From Chiloscyllium plagiosum (taxonomy: Eukaryota): a stretch of 64,000 nucleotides of DNA. Position 1 is the stretch's first letter. Each line of letters opens with the position of its first letter. Below are positions 40,137 through 52,869 of the stretch, in pieces. The notes beneath the pieces were generated by a model that worked only from the letters and a program-made list of their open reading frames with translations, searched no databases and had not been told where the DNA came from. Location of the stretch: the NCBI RefSeq assembly GCF_004010195.1, contig NC_057719.1:2409165-2473164 (forward strand), written 5' to 3'. Made by a program: the position numbers and the translations under genes.

Positions 40137-40448
40137 TCATAGAATCCCTACAGGCCATTCAGCCCATCAAGTCCCTAGTGGAACTCTGAAGAGCATCCCA
40201 CCCACTCGTGTAACCCTGCAATTCTCATGGCCAACCCACCTAGCCAGACATTATGGGCAATTGAGTGTGTGACCAATGCACCTAACCTGCACATCTTTGG
40301 GCTTTGGGAGGAAACCAGAGCTGCCAGAGGAAACAAACACAGACACGGGGAGAATGTGCAAACTCCATGCGGTCACCTGAGGCTGGAATTGAACCCCGGT
40401 CTCTGGCACTGTGAGGCAGTAGTACTAACTATTGAGCCACGATGCCAC
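40137..40448 (-). mobile_element. HE1-like V-SINE, diverged
   Basis: Reverse-complement V domain and head. Confidence 0.8.
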
Positions 40449-40479
40449 CCTGGAGATCTGGAATTTTCAATTCCAGTTT

Positions 40480-42140
40480 GTAAAATGGAGTGAGGACAGA
40501 ATTTGGCCACACAGTCTGAGTGTATGGGGAGTATAGTAGGGAGCTGAGTCACAGCCTTGCGGGACACAGGTGTGGAGGGTTATTGTGGAGGAGGTGTTGC
40601 TGTCTGTTCTTACTGATTGTGATCTATGGGGCAGGAAGTCGAGGATCCAGTTACAGACGGGGGGGGACCCGAGACCGAGGTCTCAGGGTTTAGAGACGGG
40701 TTTGTTTGGAATTATGGTGTTGATGGCAGAACTTAAACCAATACGTAGGAGCCTGACGTAGGTATCCTTGTTACCCCGATGTTCCAGGGATGGTGTAGGG
40801 CCAGGGGGATGGTGTCTGCCCTGTTACACTGGTAGACAAAGTGTGAAGGATCGAGGCAGGCTGGGAGGCTGGAGCTGATGTCAGCCATGACTCACCTCTC
40901 AAAGGATTTCATAACGATGTTAGCCAGAGCTACCGGGCGGGATGCATTGAGGCACGCCGCAGGATATTGCATTGACACTGGGATGATGGTGGTCTTCTTA
41001 AAGCAGGTCAGGACTTCTGATCGTAGTGAAGAGAGGTTAAAGACATCTGCGAATACACCCACCAGCTGGTCAGTCCTGGGTCTGAGTGCATGGCTGGAGA
41101 CTCCACCCAGGCCAGTCGCTTTCCGTGGGTTCACTCTCCAAAAGCCGATCTGACCTTAGCAGCAGTGACCGTGGGGACAGGGACACCTGAGGCTGTCTGA
41201 ATAGGTCACATTGTTTCACTGCGTTCTGTTCACAGCAAGGCTAGAATGCATTGAGCTCAGTACGGATGGTCTGTTGCCTGCGATTCTGATCGATTTTGCT
41301 TTGTAGCCTGTTGTGTCACATAAGCCTTGTCACAAATGACAGGTGACGATCTGATTGGTCTAGGACTCAAGCTTAGATTGATATTGCCTCACAGCATCTC
41401 TCATGCCTTTATGAAGGTCGAACCTGGATTTCCTGTGTAGATCAGGGTTGCCTGACTTTACGTCTCAGACCTGGACTTCAGTAGGGAGGGGATTTCCCGG
41501 TTCATTCATAGTTTCCAGTTAGGAATCATTCCACAACACCAGGTTATAATCCAACAGGTTTAATTGGAAGCACTAGCTTTCAGAGCACTGCTCCTTCATC
41601 AGGTGGCTGTGGAGTATAAGATTGTAGGACACAGAATTTATAGCAAAAGTTTACAGTGTAATGTTAATGAAGATTAGATTAGATTACGTACAGTGTGGAA
41701 ACAGGCCCTTCGGCCCAACAAGTCCACACCGACCCGCCGAAGTGAAACCCACCCATACCCTTAACCTAACACTACGGGCAATTTAGCCTGGCCAATTCAC
41801 CTGACCTGCACATCTTTGGACTGTGGGGGGAAACCGGAGCACCCGGAGGAAACCCACACAGACACGGGGAGAATGTACAAACTCCACACAGTCGGTCACC
41901 TGAGGCGGGAATTGAACCCAGGTCTCTGGCGCTGTGAGGCAGCAGTACCACTGTGCCACCGTGCCGCCCACATTATACATTGAAATTAGACATTGAAAAA
42001 TACCTTGATTGTTTGTTAAGTCTCTAATCCGTTAGAGATTGCACACCCCAGTCCAACACCGGCATCTCCAAATCTTGGGAATCATTCCCATTAATTTCTT
42101 GGGCATGCAGTCTTCTGTACACTTACTAATGAAGTCTGGC
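40480..42140 (-). mobile_element. Rex1/Babar LINE RT N-terminal part with nested insertions
   Basis: NPRKATGLGGV...QLVGVFADVFNLS...CFKKTTIIPV...RPVALANIVMKSFER; insert 41533-42077 flanked by TSD ggaatcattcc. Confidence 0.85.
41671..41969 (-). mobile_element. HE1-like V-SINE nested in a Penelope-type insert
   Basis: Reverse complement of the full SINE with an (agatt)n tail. Confidence 0.9.
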
Positions 42141-42692
42141 CTGGAGCTGAGATGACTGACCCTCCAACAACCACAGCCATCTTCCTATGTGCCAGATATG
42201 ACTCCAACCAGCGGAGTGTTTTCCCCCGGAATCCATTGATTCCATCTTGCTAGGGCTCCTCGATGTCTAGGGCTGTCCCTCTCCCCTCCCCTCTGGAATT
42301 CCGCTCTTTTGTCCATGTTTGACCCAAGGCTGTAATGAGGTCAGGAGCTGAGTGACCCTGGGGGAACCCAAACTGGGCGTCACTGAGCAGGTTATTGCTG
42401 AGCAGGTGCTGCTTGATAGCACTGTTGGTGACCCCTTCCAACACTTTCCTGATGATCGAGAGTAGACTGATGGGGCAGTAATTGATCAGGTTGGAATTGT
42501 CCTGGTTTTTGTGTACAGGACATACCTGGGCAATGTTCCACATTGTCGGGTAGGTGCCAGTGTTGTAACTGTACTGGAACAGCTTAGCGAGGGGAGCGGC
42601 AAGTTCTGGAACACAGGTCTTCAGTACTATTGCTGGAATGTTGTCAGGGCCCATTGCCTTTGCAGTATCCTGTACTTCCAGCTGTTTCTTCA
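42140..42692 (-). mobile_element. L2/CR1-group LINE RT fragment
   Basis: KAMGPDNIPAIVLKTCVPELAAPLAKLFQ...QFGFPQGHSAPDL. Confidence 0.88.
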
Positions 42693-42724
42693 TATCATAG
42701 AGTTATAGAGATGTACAACATGGA

Positions 42725-43407
42725 TCCGCTCCACCCTCCTCTCTGACCTATCACCTTCATTCCCACCCCCACTCACCTATTGTATCCGTGACTACCTGGT
42801 CAGGTCCAAGCCCTCCTACAACCCACCCTCCCATCCTGGCACCTTCCCCTGCCACCGCAGGAACTGCAAAACCTGCGCCCACACCTCCTCCCTCACCTCC
42901 ATCCAAGGCCCCAAAGGAGCCTTCCACATCCATCAAAGTTTTACCTGCACATCCACCAATATCATTTATTGTATCCATTGCTCCCGATGCAGTCTCCTCT
43001 ACATTGGGGAGACTGGACGCCTCGTAGCAGAGCGCTTCAGGGAACATCTCCGGGACACCCGCACCAATCAACCACACCGCCCCATGGCCCAACATTTCAA
43101 CTCCCCCTCCCACTCTGCCGAGGACATGGAGGTCCTGGGCCTCCTTCACCGCCGCTCACTCACCACCCGATGTCTGGAGGAAGAACGCCTCATCTTCCAC
43201 CCCTATTGTACTCTTTGCTACTTTCTCCCCACCCCCACCCATTTATCTCTCCACCCTGGAGGCTCCCTGTCTTCATTCCTGATTAAGGGCTTTTGCCCGA
43301 AACGTTGATTTTCCTGCTCCTCGGATGCTGCCTGGCCTGTTGTGCTTTTCCAGCACCACTCTGACCTAAACTCTGGTTTCCAGCATCTGCAGTCCTCACT
43401 TCTGCCT
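42725..43407 (+). mobile_element. Penelope-like element (GIY-YIG remnant and terminal repeat) inserted in a CR1 3' UTR, 14-bp TSD
   Basis: FTCTSTNIIYCIHCSRCSLLYIGETGRLVAERFREH; TSD atgtacaacatgga at 42711-24 and 43408-21. Confidence 0.9.
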
Positions 43408-44160
43408 ATGTACAACATGGAACAGATCCTTTGGTCCAACGCGTCCATGCCGACCCAATCTAGTCCCACCTTCCAGCACCCGGCCCATATCCCTCCAAAC
43501 CCTTCCTAATCATATACCCGGAGGAGAAAGTGAGGTCTGCCGATGCTGGAGATCAGAGCTGAAAATGTGTTGCTGGAAAAGCGCAGCAGGTCAGGCAGCA
43601 TCCAGGGAACAGGAGAATCGACGTTTCGGGCATAAGCCCTTCTTCAGGATTCCTGTTCTCGATTCTCCTTTTCCCTGGATGCTGCCTGACCTCCTAATCA
43701 TATACCCGTCCAGCTGCCTCTTAAATGTTGTAATTGTACCAGCCTCCACCACTTCCTCTGGCAGCTCGTTCCACACACGCACCACCCTCTGTGTGAAAAT
43801 GTTGCCCCTTGGGTCCCTTTAACATCTTTTCCCTCTCACCCTAAACCAATGCCCTTTAGTTCTGGACTCCCCCACCCCAGGGAAAAGACCTAGTCTGTTT
43901 ACCCTATCCGTGCCCCTCCTGATTTTATAAACCTCTATAAGGTCACCCCTCAGCCTCCGACGCTCCAGGGAAAACAGCCCCAGCCTGTTCAGCCTCTCCC
44001 TATAGCTCAAACCCTCCAACCCTGGCAACATCCTTGTAAATCTTTTCTGAACCCTTTCAAGTTTCACAAGAACCTCTTCAAGTTCCACAACATCCTTCCA
44101 ATAGGAGGGAGACCAGAATTGCACACAGTATTCTGAAAGTGGCCTAACCAATGTCCTGTA
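43408..44160 (-). mobile_element. CR1 LINE 3' end with a hammerhead mini-insertion at 43521-43691
   Basis: YRTLVRPLSEYCVQFWSP...RLRGDLIEVYK; TSD tcctaatcatatacccg at 43504-20 and 43692-708. Confidence 0.9.
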
Positions 44161-44586
44161 ATTGATTGGCTGAAGACTGATATCTGGAATGCTGGGGTCC
44201 TTGGAGGAGAAACGGGAGTGGGTGTGGGTTCTGGGTGTAGCAGAATGACCCATTCTCCCATCCCTTGCATTCTCACTGATCTACACACACTGGCTCAAGT
44301 CCAGCAAAACTTTAATTTTAAAATTCTCCTGCTTGTCTTCTCCAGACTGGAGGAAACTCTCATTGAGGCCTCTCGACTATCTCTGATTTCCTTCACTCTG
44401 GCACTGAGGACTGAGCTTTGTGCTGTCTGAGCAATAGACTTGCAAAGGATTTGGACCAAATGCAGGCAAGTGGCACTCGATTAGTTTGGGAAACTTGTTC
44501 AGTATAGACGAGGTGAACTGAAGGGTCTGTTTCCACATTCTATGGCCCTATGACTATAACTGTCCCTCTCAAATCCTCTTCCTGCG

Positions 44587-44893
44587 TGGCACGGTGCCTC
44601 AGTGGTTAGCACTGCTGCCTCACAGCGCCAGGGACCTGGGTTGGATTCCAGCCTCGGGTGACTATCTGTGTGGAGTTTGCACATTCTCCCTGTGTCTGTG
44701 TGGGTTTCCTCCGGGTGCTCCGGTTTCCTACCTCAGACCAGGTGAATTGGCCATGCTAAATTGGCCATAGTGTTAGGTACAATAGTCAGGGGTAAATGTA
44801 ACATGGGGGAATGGGTCTGGGTGGGTTGCTCTTCAGAGGGTTGGTGTGGACTTGTTGAGCCGAAGGGCCTGTTTTCATTCTGTAGGGAACCTA
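44587..44893 (+). mobile_element. HE1-like V-SINE
   Basis: A/B boxes, V domain and tail. Confidence 0.88.
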
Positions 44894-44899
44894 AATATT

Positions 44900-45320
44900 A
44901 ATATTTTAGATCGACTGGGCTCGTACTCACTGGAATTTAGAAAAATGAGGTTGTGGAGTCTCACAGAAACACATAATATCCTGATGGGACTGGACAGGCT
45001 AAATGCAGGAAGAATGTTCCTGTTTTTGGGGAAGTGCAGAACTAGGGAGTTACAGTCCAAGAATAAAGGGTAAGCCATTCAGGACTGAGATGAGGAAGAA
45101 TTTCTTCAGTTGGAGAGTTGTGAACCAGTGGAATTTTATCCCACAGGAAGCTGTGGGGCCAGTTTGTTAGATTTATTCAAGAGGGAGCTGGATGTAGCCC
45201 TTGTGGCTAAAGAGATATAGGGGTATTGAGAGTAAGCTGGAATGGGATACTGTCATTGCGTAATCAGCCCCAATTATACTGAGTGGTGGTGCAGGCTTGA
45301 GGGGCCGAATGGCCTACTCC
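44900..45320 (+). mobile_element. older CR1 3' fragment
   Basis: LDRLGSYSLEFRKMR...GLDRLNAGRMF. Confidence 0.75.
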
Positions 45321-46307
45321 TATGTTTCTAGATGCTCCTTAAAACTGACCTCTTTGACCATCCTCTTGGTCACCTGACCTGCTACCTCATTTTGAAATGA
45401 CTCAGTAAAGCTCTCTGGAGAGAGGAGAAAGTGAGGTCTGCAGATGCTGGAGATTCCTGAAGAAGGGCTTATGGCAAAAACGTCGATTCTCCTATTCCCT
45501 GGATGCTGCCTGACCTGCTGCACTGTTCCAGCAACACATTTTCAGCTCCTCTCTGTGGAGAGCCTGGCAAGGTGGTGCTATGTGAAAGGTGCTACATCAA
45601 TGTTTTGTTGTTGTTGTTGTTGCAGCACTGGGAGTAGTCAAGCCGGCTTTTTGAAGTGGTGTTGTCACGGCTCAGTTGCGTTTGAGGTGGTTGCTAGATT
45701 CACCAATGAGATCCTGGCAAACGGTTAAAACAAACACTTCCTACGAAGTCCTTGGGGAAGGAAACTGTCCTTAACCAGGCAGCCTGTTTCCCTTCCTCCC
45801 CAAACAAAGGCAGCTTCAGACTCAGCCTTCAGGCAGTGAGATTGCAATGGGAACAATTCGCCTTGCTGCAGAGAATCTTAGCGAGGAGGTCAGTGTGGAT
45901 GGTGTATGCCTCTCACACTCTGCATGTTTCCGAATGTTTCCAGTGAGAGCTCCTGTTCTCCAAGTGTATTGCTGTTGTCCAACACGTGGAGGTTTGATAC
46001 TCGTTTCTATCACAGCCGTGTGCTATTGAACATGCACCTGGCTGGGTGTTGTCAGTCGCACCCTATGCACGGACACACAGCTTTGCAGAGATAAAACTAA
46101 AGAATGGCAGATGCTGGGAATCCAAGATAAAACCAGAAACTGCTGGAGAAACTCAAAAAGGTTCGGAGAATCTGTGGAGGGAGAAATAGTAACCGCTTTG
46201 AGTCCAGTGATCCTTCTTTGTGTCTGTTATGTTTCTCCAGAATTTTCGTTGCTTGCTTTAGATTTTGAACACATGCAATGTTTTACTTTAATTGCAGCGT
46301 CAATAGA

Positions 46308-47878
46308 GCTGTACTCTGTATCTAACCCTGTGCTGGTCACTGTCCAGGGAGTTTTTGTTGGGGACAGTGTAGAGGGAGCTGTACTCTGTATCTAACCCTG
46401 TGCTGCCCCTGTCCTGGGAGTGTTTGATGGGGGACAGTGTAGAGGGAGCTTTACTCTGTATCTAACCCTGTGCTGCCCCTGTCCAGGGAGTGTTTGATGG
46501 GGACAGTGTAGAGGGAGCTTTACTCTGTATCTAACCCCGTGCTGTCCCTGTCCTGGGAGTGTTTGATGGGGGACAAGGTAGAGGGAGCTGTACTCTGTAT
46601 CTAACCCTGTGCTGTCCCTGTCCTGGGAGTTTTGATGGGGACAGTGTACAGGGAGCTTTACTCTGTATCTAACCCAGTGCTGTCCCTGTCCTGTGAGTGT
46701 TTGATGGGGACAGTGTAGAGGAAGCTTTACTTTGTATCTAACCCTGTGCTGAACCTGTCCTGGGAGTTGTACTCTGTATCTAACCCCGTGCTGTCCCTGT
46801 CCTGGGAGTGTTTGATGGGGACAGTGTAGAGGAAGCTTTATACTGTATATATCCCCATGCTGTCCCTGTCCTGGGAGTGTTTGATGGGGACAGTGTAGAG
46901 GGAGCTTTACCCGGTATCTAACCCCGTGCTGTCCTTGTCCTGGGAGTGTTTGATGGGGACAGTGTAGATGGAGCTTTACTCAGTATCTAACCCCGTGCTG
47001 TCCCTGTCCTGGGGGTGTTTGATAGGGGACAGACTAGAGGAAGCTTTACTCTGTATCTAACCCCGTGCTGTCCCTGTCCTGGGAGTGTTTGATGGGGACA
47101 GTGTAGAGGGAGCTTTACTCTATATCTAACCCCATGCTGTCCCTGTCCTGGGTGTATTTGATGGGGGACAATGTAGAGGGAGCTGTACTCTGTATCTAAC
47201 CCAGTGCTGTCCCTGTCCTAGAAGTGTTTGATGGGGACAGTGTAGAGGAAGCTGTATTCTGTATCTAATCCCGTGCTGTCCCTGTCCTGGGAGTGTTTGA
47301 TGGGGGACAGTGTAGAGGGAGCTTTACTCTGTATCTAACCCCGTGCTGTCCCTGTCCTGGGAGTGTTTGATGGGGGACAGTATAGAGGGAGCTTTACTTT
47401 GTATCTAACCCTGTGCTGAACCTGTCCTGGGATCATTTGATGGGGACAGAGTAGAGGGAGCTGTAGTCTGTATCTAACCCTGTGCTGTCCCTGTCCTGGG
47501 AGTATTTGATTGGGACAGTGTGGATGGAGCTGTATTCTGTATCTAACCCTGTGCTCTCCTGTCCTGGGAGTGTTTGATGGGGGACAATGTAGAGGGAGCT
47601 GTACTCTGTACCTAACCCTGTGCTGTGCCTGTCCTGGGAGTGTTTGAGGGGGGACACTGTAGAGGGAGCTTTACTCTGTATCTAACCCCGTGCTGTCCCT
47701 GTCCTGGGAGTGTTTGATAGGGGACAGTGTAGAGGGAGCTTTACTCTGTATCTAACCCCGTGCTGTTTTTGTCCTGGGGGTGTTTGATGGGGGACAGTGT
47801 AGAGGGAGCTTTACTCTGTATCCAACCCCGTGCTGTCCCTGTCCTGGGGGTGTTTGATGGGGGGACAGTGTAGAGAGA
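46308..47878 (+). repeat. 69-70-bp satellite, about 23 copies, running into a gap
   Basis: Same unit as 28681-29660; period 70/69 at 46371, 46441, 46510. Confidence 0.97.
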
Positions 47879-48286
47879 NNNNNNNNNNNNNNNNNNNNNN
47901 NNNNNNNNNNNNNNNNNNNNNNNNNNNNNNNNNNNNNNNNNNNNNNNNNNNNNNNNNNNNNNNNNNNNNNNNNNNNNNNNNNNNNNNNNNNNNNNNNNNN
48001 NNNNNNNNNNNNNNNNNNNNNNNNNNNNNNNNNNNNNNNNNNNNNNNNNNNNNNNNNNNNNNNNNNNNNNNNNNNNNNNNNNNNNNNNNNNNNNNNNNNN
48101 NNNNNNNNNNNNNNNNNNNNNNNNNNNNNNNNNNNNNNNNNNNNNNNNNNNNNNNNNNNNNNNNNNNNNNNNNNNNNNNNNNNNNNNNNNNNNNNNNNNN
48201 NNNNNNNNNNNNNNNNNNNNNNNNNNNNNNNNNNNNNNNNNNNNNNNNNNNNNNNNNNNNNNNNNNNNNNNNNNNNNNNNNNNNNN

Positions 48287-48918
48287 GGCAGGGGGCTGGG
48301 AGAACACAGCAAGGCAGGCAGCATCAGGAGGCATAGGCAGGGGGCTGGAGGAACACAGCAAGGCAGGCAGCATCAGGAGGCATAGGCAGGGGGCTGGAGG
48401 AACACAGCAAGGCAGGCAGCATCAGGAGGGATAGGCAGGGGGCTGGAGGAACACAGCAAGGCAGGCAGCATCAGGAGGGATAGGCAGGGGGCTGGAGGAA
48501 CACAGCAAGGCAGGCAGCATCAGGAGGGATAGGCAGGGGGCTGGAGGAACACAGCAAGGCAGGCAGCATCAGGAGGGATAGGCAGGGGGCTGGAGGAACA
48601 CAGCAAGGCAGGCAGCATCAGGAGGGATAGGCAGGGGGCTGGAGGAACACAGCAAGGCAGGCAGCATCAGGAGGGATAGGCAGGGGGCTGGAGGAACACA
48701 GCAAGGCAGGCAGCATCAGGAGGGATAGGCAGGGGGCTGGAGGAACACAGCAAGGCAGGCAGCATCAGGAGGGATAGGCAGGGGGCTGGAGGAACACAGC
48801 AAGGCAGGCAGCATCAGGAGGGATAGGCAGGGGGCTGGAGGAACACAGCAAGGCAGGCAGCATCAGGAGGGATAGGCAGGGGGCTGGAGGAACACAGCAA
48901 GGCAGGCAGCATCAGGAG
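48287..48918 (+). repeat. 49-bp tandem repeat, ~13 near-identical copies, from a Penelope terminal repeat
   Basis: ggcagggggctggaggaacacagcaaggcaggcagcatcaggagggata; runs directly into the Penelope element. Confidence 0.95.
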
Positions 48919-50555
48919 GTGGAGAAGTCAGCGTTTTGGGTGTAACCCTTCTTCGGGACTGGGAGGAGCTGTAGATAAAAGGGGAGATGGGCGCAGGGTA
49001 GAGAAATAGGGATAGGTGAAGACAGGTGGAGGGTATGACCTGGTTGGTCAATGGGAGGAATGAATCCGGTTGGTGGCTGGAATGAAGGGTCTGTCAGAGG
49101 AATGGAAGGGAGAGGGAGGGGCTGGAAAGGGAGGGGGAGGGGCTGGAAAGGGAGGGGGAGGGGCTGGTAAGGGATGTGGAGGGAGGCTATTTGAAATTGG
49201 AGAACTCAATGTTGATTCTTCAGGGCTGTAGGCTGCCCAGGCGGAAGATGAGGTGTTGTCTTTCCAATTTACACTGTGGTTCGTTGTGACAACAGATGAG
49301 GCCAAGGATGGTCACGTCAGAAAGGGAGTGGTTGGGGGAATTGAAATGGGCAGTAACTGGGAGGTCCGGTCATCCCCTGTGGGCCCGGCTGAGATCCGCG
49401 GTGAACCGTTCCCGAAGTTTACGTTCGGTCTCCCTGATGTAGAGAAGACCACATCGGGAGCATCTGATGCAGTAAACTCGGTTGGAGGAGAGACGGGTGA
49501 ACCTTTGTCTCATTTGGAAGGGCTGTTTGGGGGGGCTCTGGATAGAGGTGAGGGGAGTGGGGTACCGGGCAGGATTTACACCTTTTCCGGTTGCAGGGGA
49601 AGGTACCTGGGGCTTCGGGGGAGAGTGGCACAAACCAAAGACTGTCGATGGGAACAGTCCTGGCGGAAGGCAGAGAGGGATGGGGAAGGGAAGAGGCTCT
49701 TGGTGGTGGGGTCTAGTTGGAGCTGGCAGAGGTGTTTAAGGATGATCTGTTGGATGTGGAGATGGGTGGGGTGGTAGGTGAAGACAAGGGGGACTCTGTC
49801 TTTATTGCATTGGGATGGGGAGATTTAGAGTAGGGGAATGGAGGTGGTGTGGTGGAGGTGTGTCTGGATGACATAGGGAGGAAAAACATGTTGTTCGAAA
49901 TAGGCGGACATCTGGGAAGCTTGTGAGTGGAATGCCTCCTTGTCCAAGCAGATGCAGCAGAGACAGAGGAATTGGGAAAACGGGATGGAGTCCTTGCACG
50001 ACATGGGGTGGGAGGAGGCATAGTCCAGGTAGTTGTGAGAGTCTGTGGGTTTGTAGTTAATCTCTGCCCAGAGACTGTCACCAAAGATGGAAATGGAGAG
50101 ATCGAGAAAGGGGAGGGAGGTGTCCGAGATGGACCAAGTGAATTTGAGGGCAGGGTGGATATTGTGGGTGAAGTTGATAAACGGCTCCAGTTCAGGCTGG
50201 GTGCACGAGGCTGCATCGATGCAGCCATCGATCTAACGGTGGAGGAGTTGGGATCCAGTGCCTGTCCCGACTCCCTTCCCAGCCCCTCCCCTCCCTTCCA
50301 CTCCTCCCTGCCACCAACCGGATTCATCCCTCCCGTTGACCAACCAGGTCGTACGCTCTACCTGTCTTCACCTATCCCCACTTCACCACCCTGCCCCCGG
50401 CACCCCCTTTATCTGCAGCTCCCCCCACACCCACCCCCAGCCCTAAAGATGGGTTGCACCCAAAACACCGACTTCTCCCCCTCCTGATGCTGTCTGGCTT
50501 GTTGTGTCCCCCAGCCTCTTGCCCATCTACCTTGGATTCCAGCACCTGCAACCTT
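48918..50555 (-). mobile_element. Penelope-like element: RT C-terminus + GIY-YIG, with an inverted terminal repeat at 50271-50555
   Basis: Minus strand R*IDGCIDAAS (decayed YIDD), HPALKFTWTISDTSLPFLDLSI, YKPTDSHNYLDY, VYCIRCSRCGLLYIRETERKLRERF. Confidence 0.92.
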
Positions 50556-50989
50556 TTTGACTCATTCCCTTTCGTGAGGGCATGAAAGGACCTTTCTTCA
50601 AAGGGGAAGTAAACTCTGTCCAAAGGTCATTCAATTGGAAAAGTTTGCAAGGGGTTTTCCGGGAGTGTTGAAGCATGTTGATGGCTGATAATGATATAAA
50701 ATTTGAAAAAAAAGTATTTTTCTTTTAAATTTGAGGTTTTCTGAGATGAGTTTATTTCTTGCCACAAGGGAAAACCCAACAGAAACTGTGCTGTGGGAAA
50801 CAAAGCCTGTGAAGCAATTCTGCCAGTTTGTTAGCAGACACAGGACTATGTTATGCAAATAAAACAGACACACACAAATAATTCTTCTGACACATTAGCA
50901 TTAATATTCAGAGTTATTCTGTAGATGTCAGTGTGATGGTGTGCTATGTCCCTGGCACTGACGTAGAATGTTTTATATTCAAGAGACTT

Positions 50990-51320
50990 GGCCATACTGA
51001 ACGAGCGCAGTGCTGAGGGAGTGCTGCACTGACAGGAGCAATGGTCCAGGTCAGACATTCAACTCTGTCTGCCCTTTGAGGTGGATAAAGAAGGTGCTCT
51101 CCTGAAGAGCAAGTTGTGAATATCTAAGTGACTGGACTGATATTTATCCCTGACTCAAAACCACAAAATTGGCCTATCTGGGTATCGTTGCATTGCTAAT
51201 TGTGGGATCTTGCTTTGCACAAGCTGGCTTCTGTGTCTCTCACACGACCACCTTGGCGCTCCACCAAAATTATTTAGTTGGCTCTAAAGCAAACAAGGAC
51301 ATCCTAAGGGGGCAAAAACT
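50990..51320 (+). mobile_element. Deu-domain SINE remnant (SacSINE1-like)
   Basis: cagtgctgagggagtgctgcactg ... tatttatccct ... cattgctaattgtgggatcttgctttgcacaa. Confidence 0.65.
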
Positions 51321-51439
51321 TCTTCCTTTCTGTAACATAACTTATAAAGGTTTTCATTAATTTCTGCACAATATCACACTAAAACACATCGATTCAGCTG
51401 TTTTACACATCTTTGTTCTTCCTTCATTTGCGTAATCCT

Positions 51440-52365
51440 GAACTAATCCCACAAGCTCTCTCCCCATAGTCCTGTATCAATCCCCAAACTAATCCCACTG
51501 CCTCGCTCTCTCCCCATAGCCCTGCATCAATTCCCAAACTAATCCCACTGCCCCGCTCTGAAGAAGGGCTTATGCCCGAAACGTCGATTCTCCTGTTCCC
51601 TGGATGCTGCCTGACCTGCTGCGCTGTTCCAGCAACACATTTTCAGCTCTCTCCCCATAGACCTGTATCAATCCCCACACTAATCCCACTGTCCCCGCGC
51701 TCTCCCCATAGTCCTGTATCAATCCCCAAACTAATCCCACTGTCCCCGCGCTCTCCCCATAGCCCTGCATCAATCCCCAAACTAATCCCACTGCCCCGCT
51801 CTCTCCCCAGAGCCCTGTATCGAACCCCAAACTAATCCCATGTCCCCACTCTCCTGATAACCCTGTATCAGTCCCCAAACTGATGAAGAGTTTTTGCCTG
51901 AAACGTCGATTTTCCTATTCCTCGGATGCTGCCTGACCTGCTGTGCTTTTCCAGCACCACTCTAATCTAGACTCTGGTTTCCAGCATCTGCAGTCCTTGT
52001 TTTTACCTAAACTAATCCCACTGCCCCACTCTCTCCCCATTGCCCTGTATCAATCCCCAAACTAATCCCACTGCCTCGCTCTCTCCCCATTGCCCTGTAT
52101 CAATCCACAAACTAATCCCACTTCCCCACTCTCCTGATAACCCTGTATCAATCCCCAATTAATCCCACTGCCATAGCCCTGTATCAATCCCCACACTAAT
52201 CCCATTGTCCCATTCTCTCCTCATAGCCCTGTATCAATCCCCACACTAATCCCACTGCCCCACTCTCTCCCCTTCTCTCCCCATAGCCCTATATCAAACC
52301 TCACACTAATACCACTGCCCCATTCTGTCTCCATAGTCATGTAGCAATTCCCTAACTAATCCCAC
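51440..52365 (+). repeat. ~50-bp minisatellite derived from an antisense CR1 ORF2 end, interrupted by two hammerhead-bearing inserts
   Basis: ctaatcccactgccccgctctctccccatagccctgtatcaatccccaaa; inserts at ~51558-51648 and ~51880-52008. Confidence 0.88.
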
Positions 52366-52869
52366 TTCCCAGCAAGTAACTCCTGACTCCCCAAAGCCTG
52401 TCCTCCATCGACAAGGCAAAAGTCAGGAGTGTGATGGAATATTCCTCACTTACTGGATGGGGGCAGCTCCAACAACACTCAAGAAGTTTCTCACCTTCCA
52501 GAACAAAGCAGCCACCTGATTGGCACCACATCCACAAATGTACACTCCCTCCATCATCGTAGGCTTCAGTCCTGATGAAGGGCTTTTGTCCGAAACATCG
52601 ATTCTCCTGCTCCTCGGATGCTGCCTGACCTGTTGTGTTTTTCCAGCACCACTCTGATATAGATGATGGTCAATAGCAGCCTCTGTCCTACCTGTAAGAT
52701 GCATTGCAGAAATTTGTCAAGATTTCTTATACATCACCTTGCAAACCCATGACCACTTCCAGCTAGAAGGACAAGCAGATAGATGGGAACACCACCCCCT
52801 GCAAGTTCCCTTCCAATCATCTGACTTGGAAATATATCACCATTCCTTCAGTGTCACTGGGTCAAAATA

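Noticed and set aside
50209..50226. 18-bp perfect palindrome ggctgcatcgatgcagcc
   Set aside because: Falls within the decayed Penelope RT YIDDCI region; probably incidental
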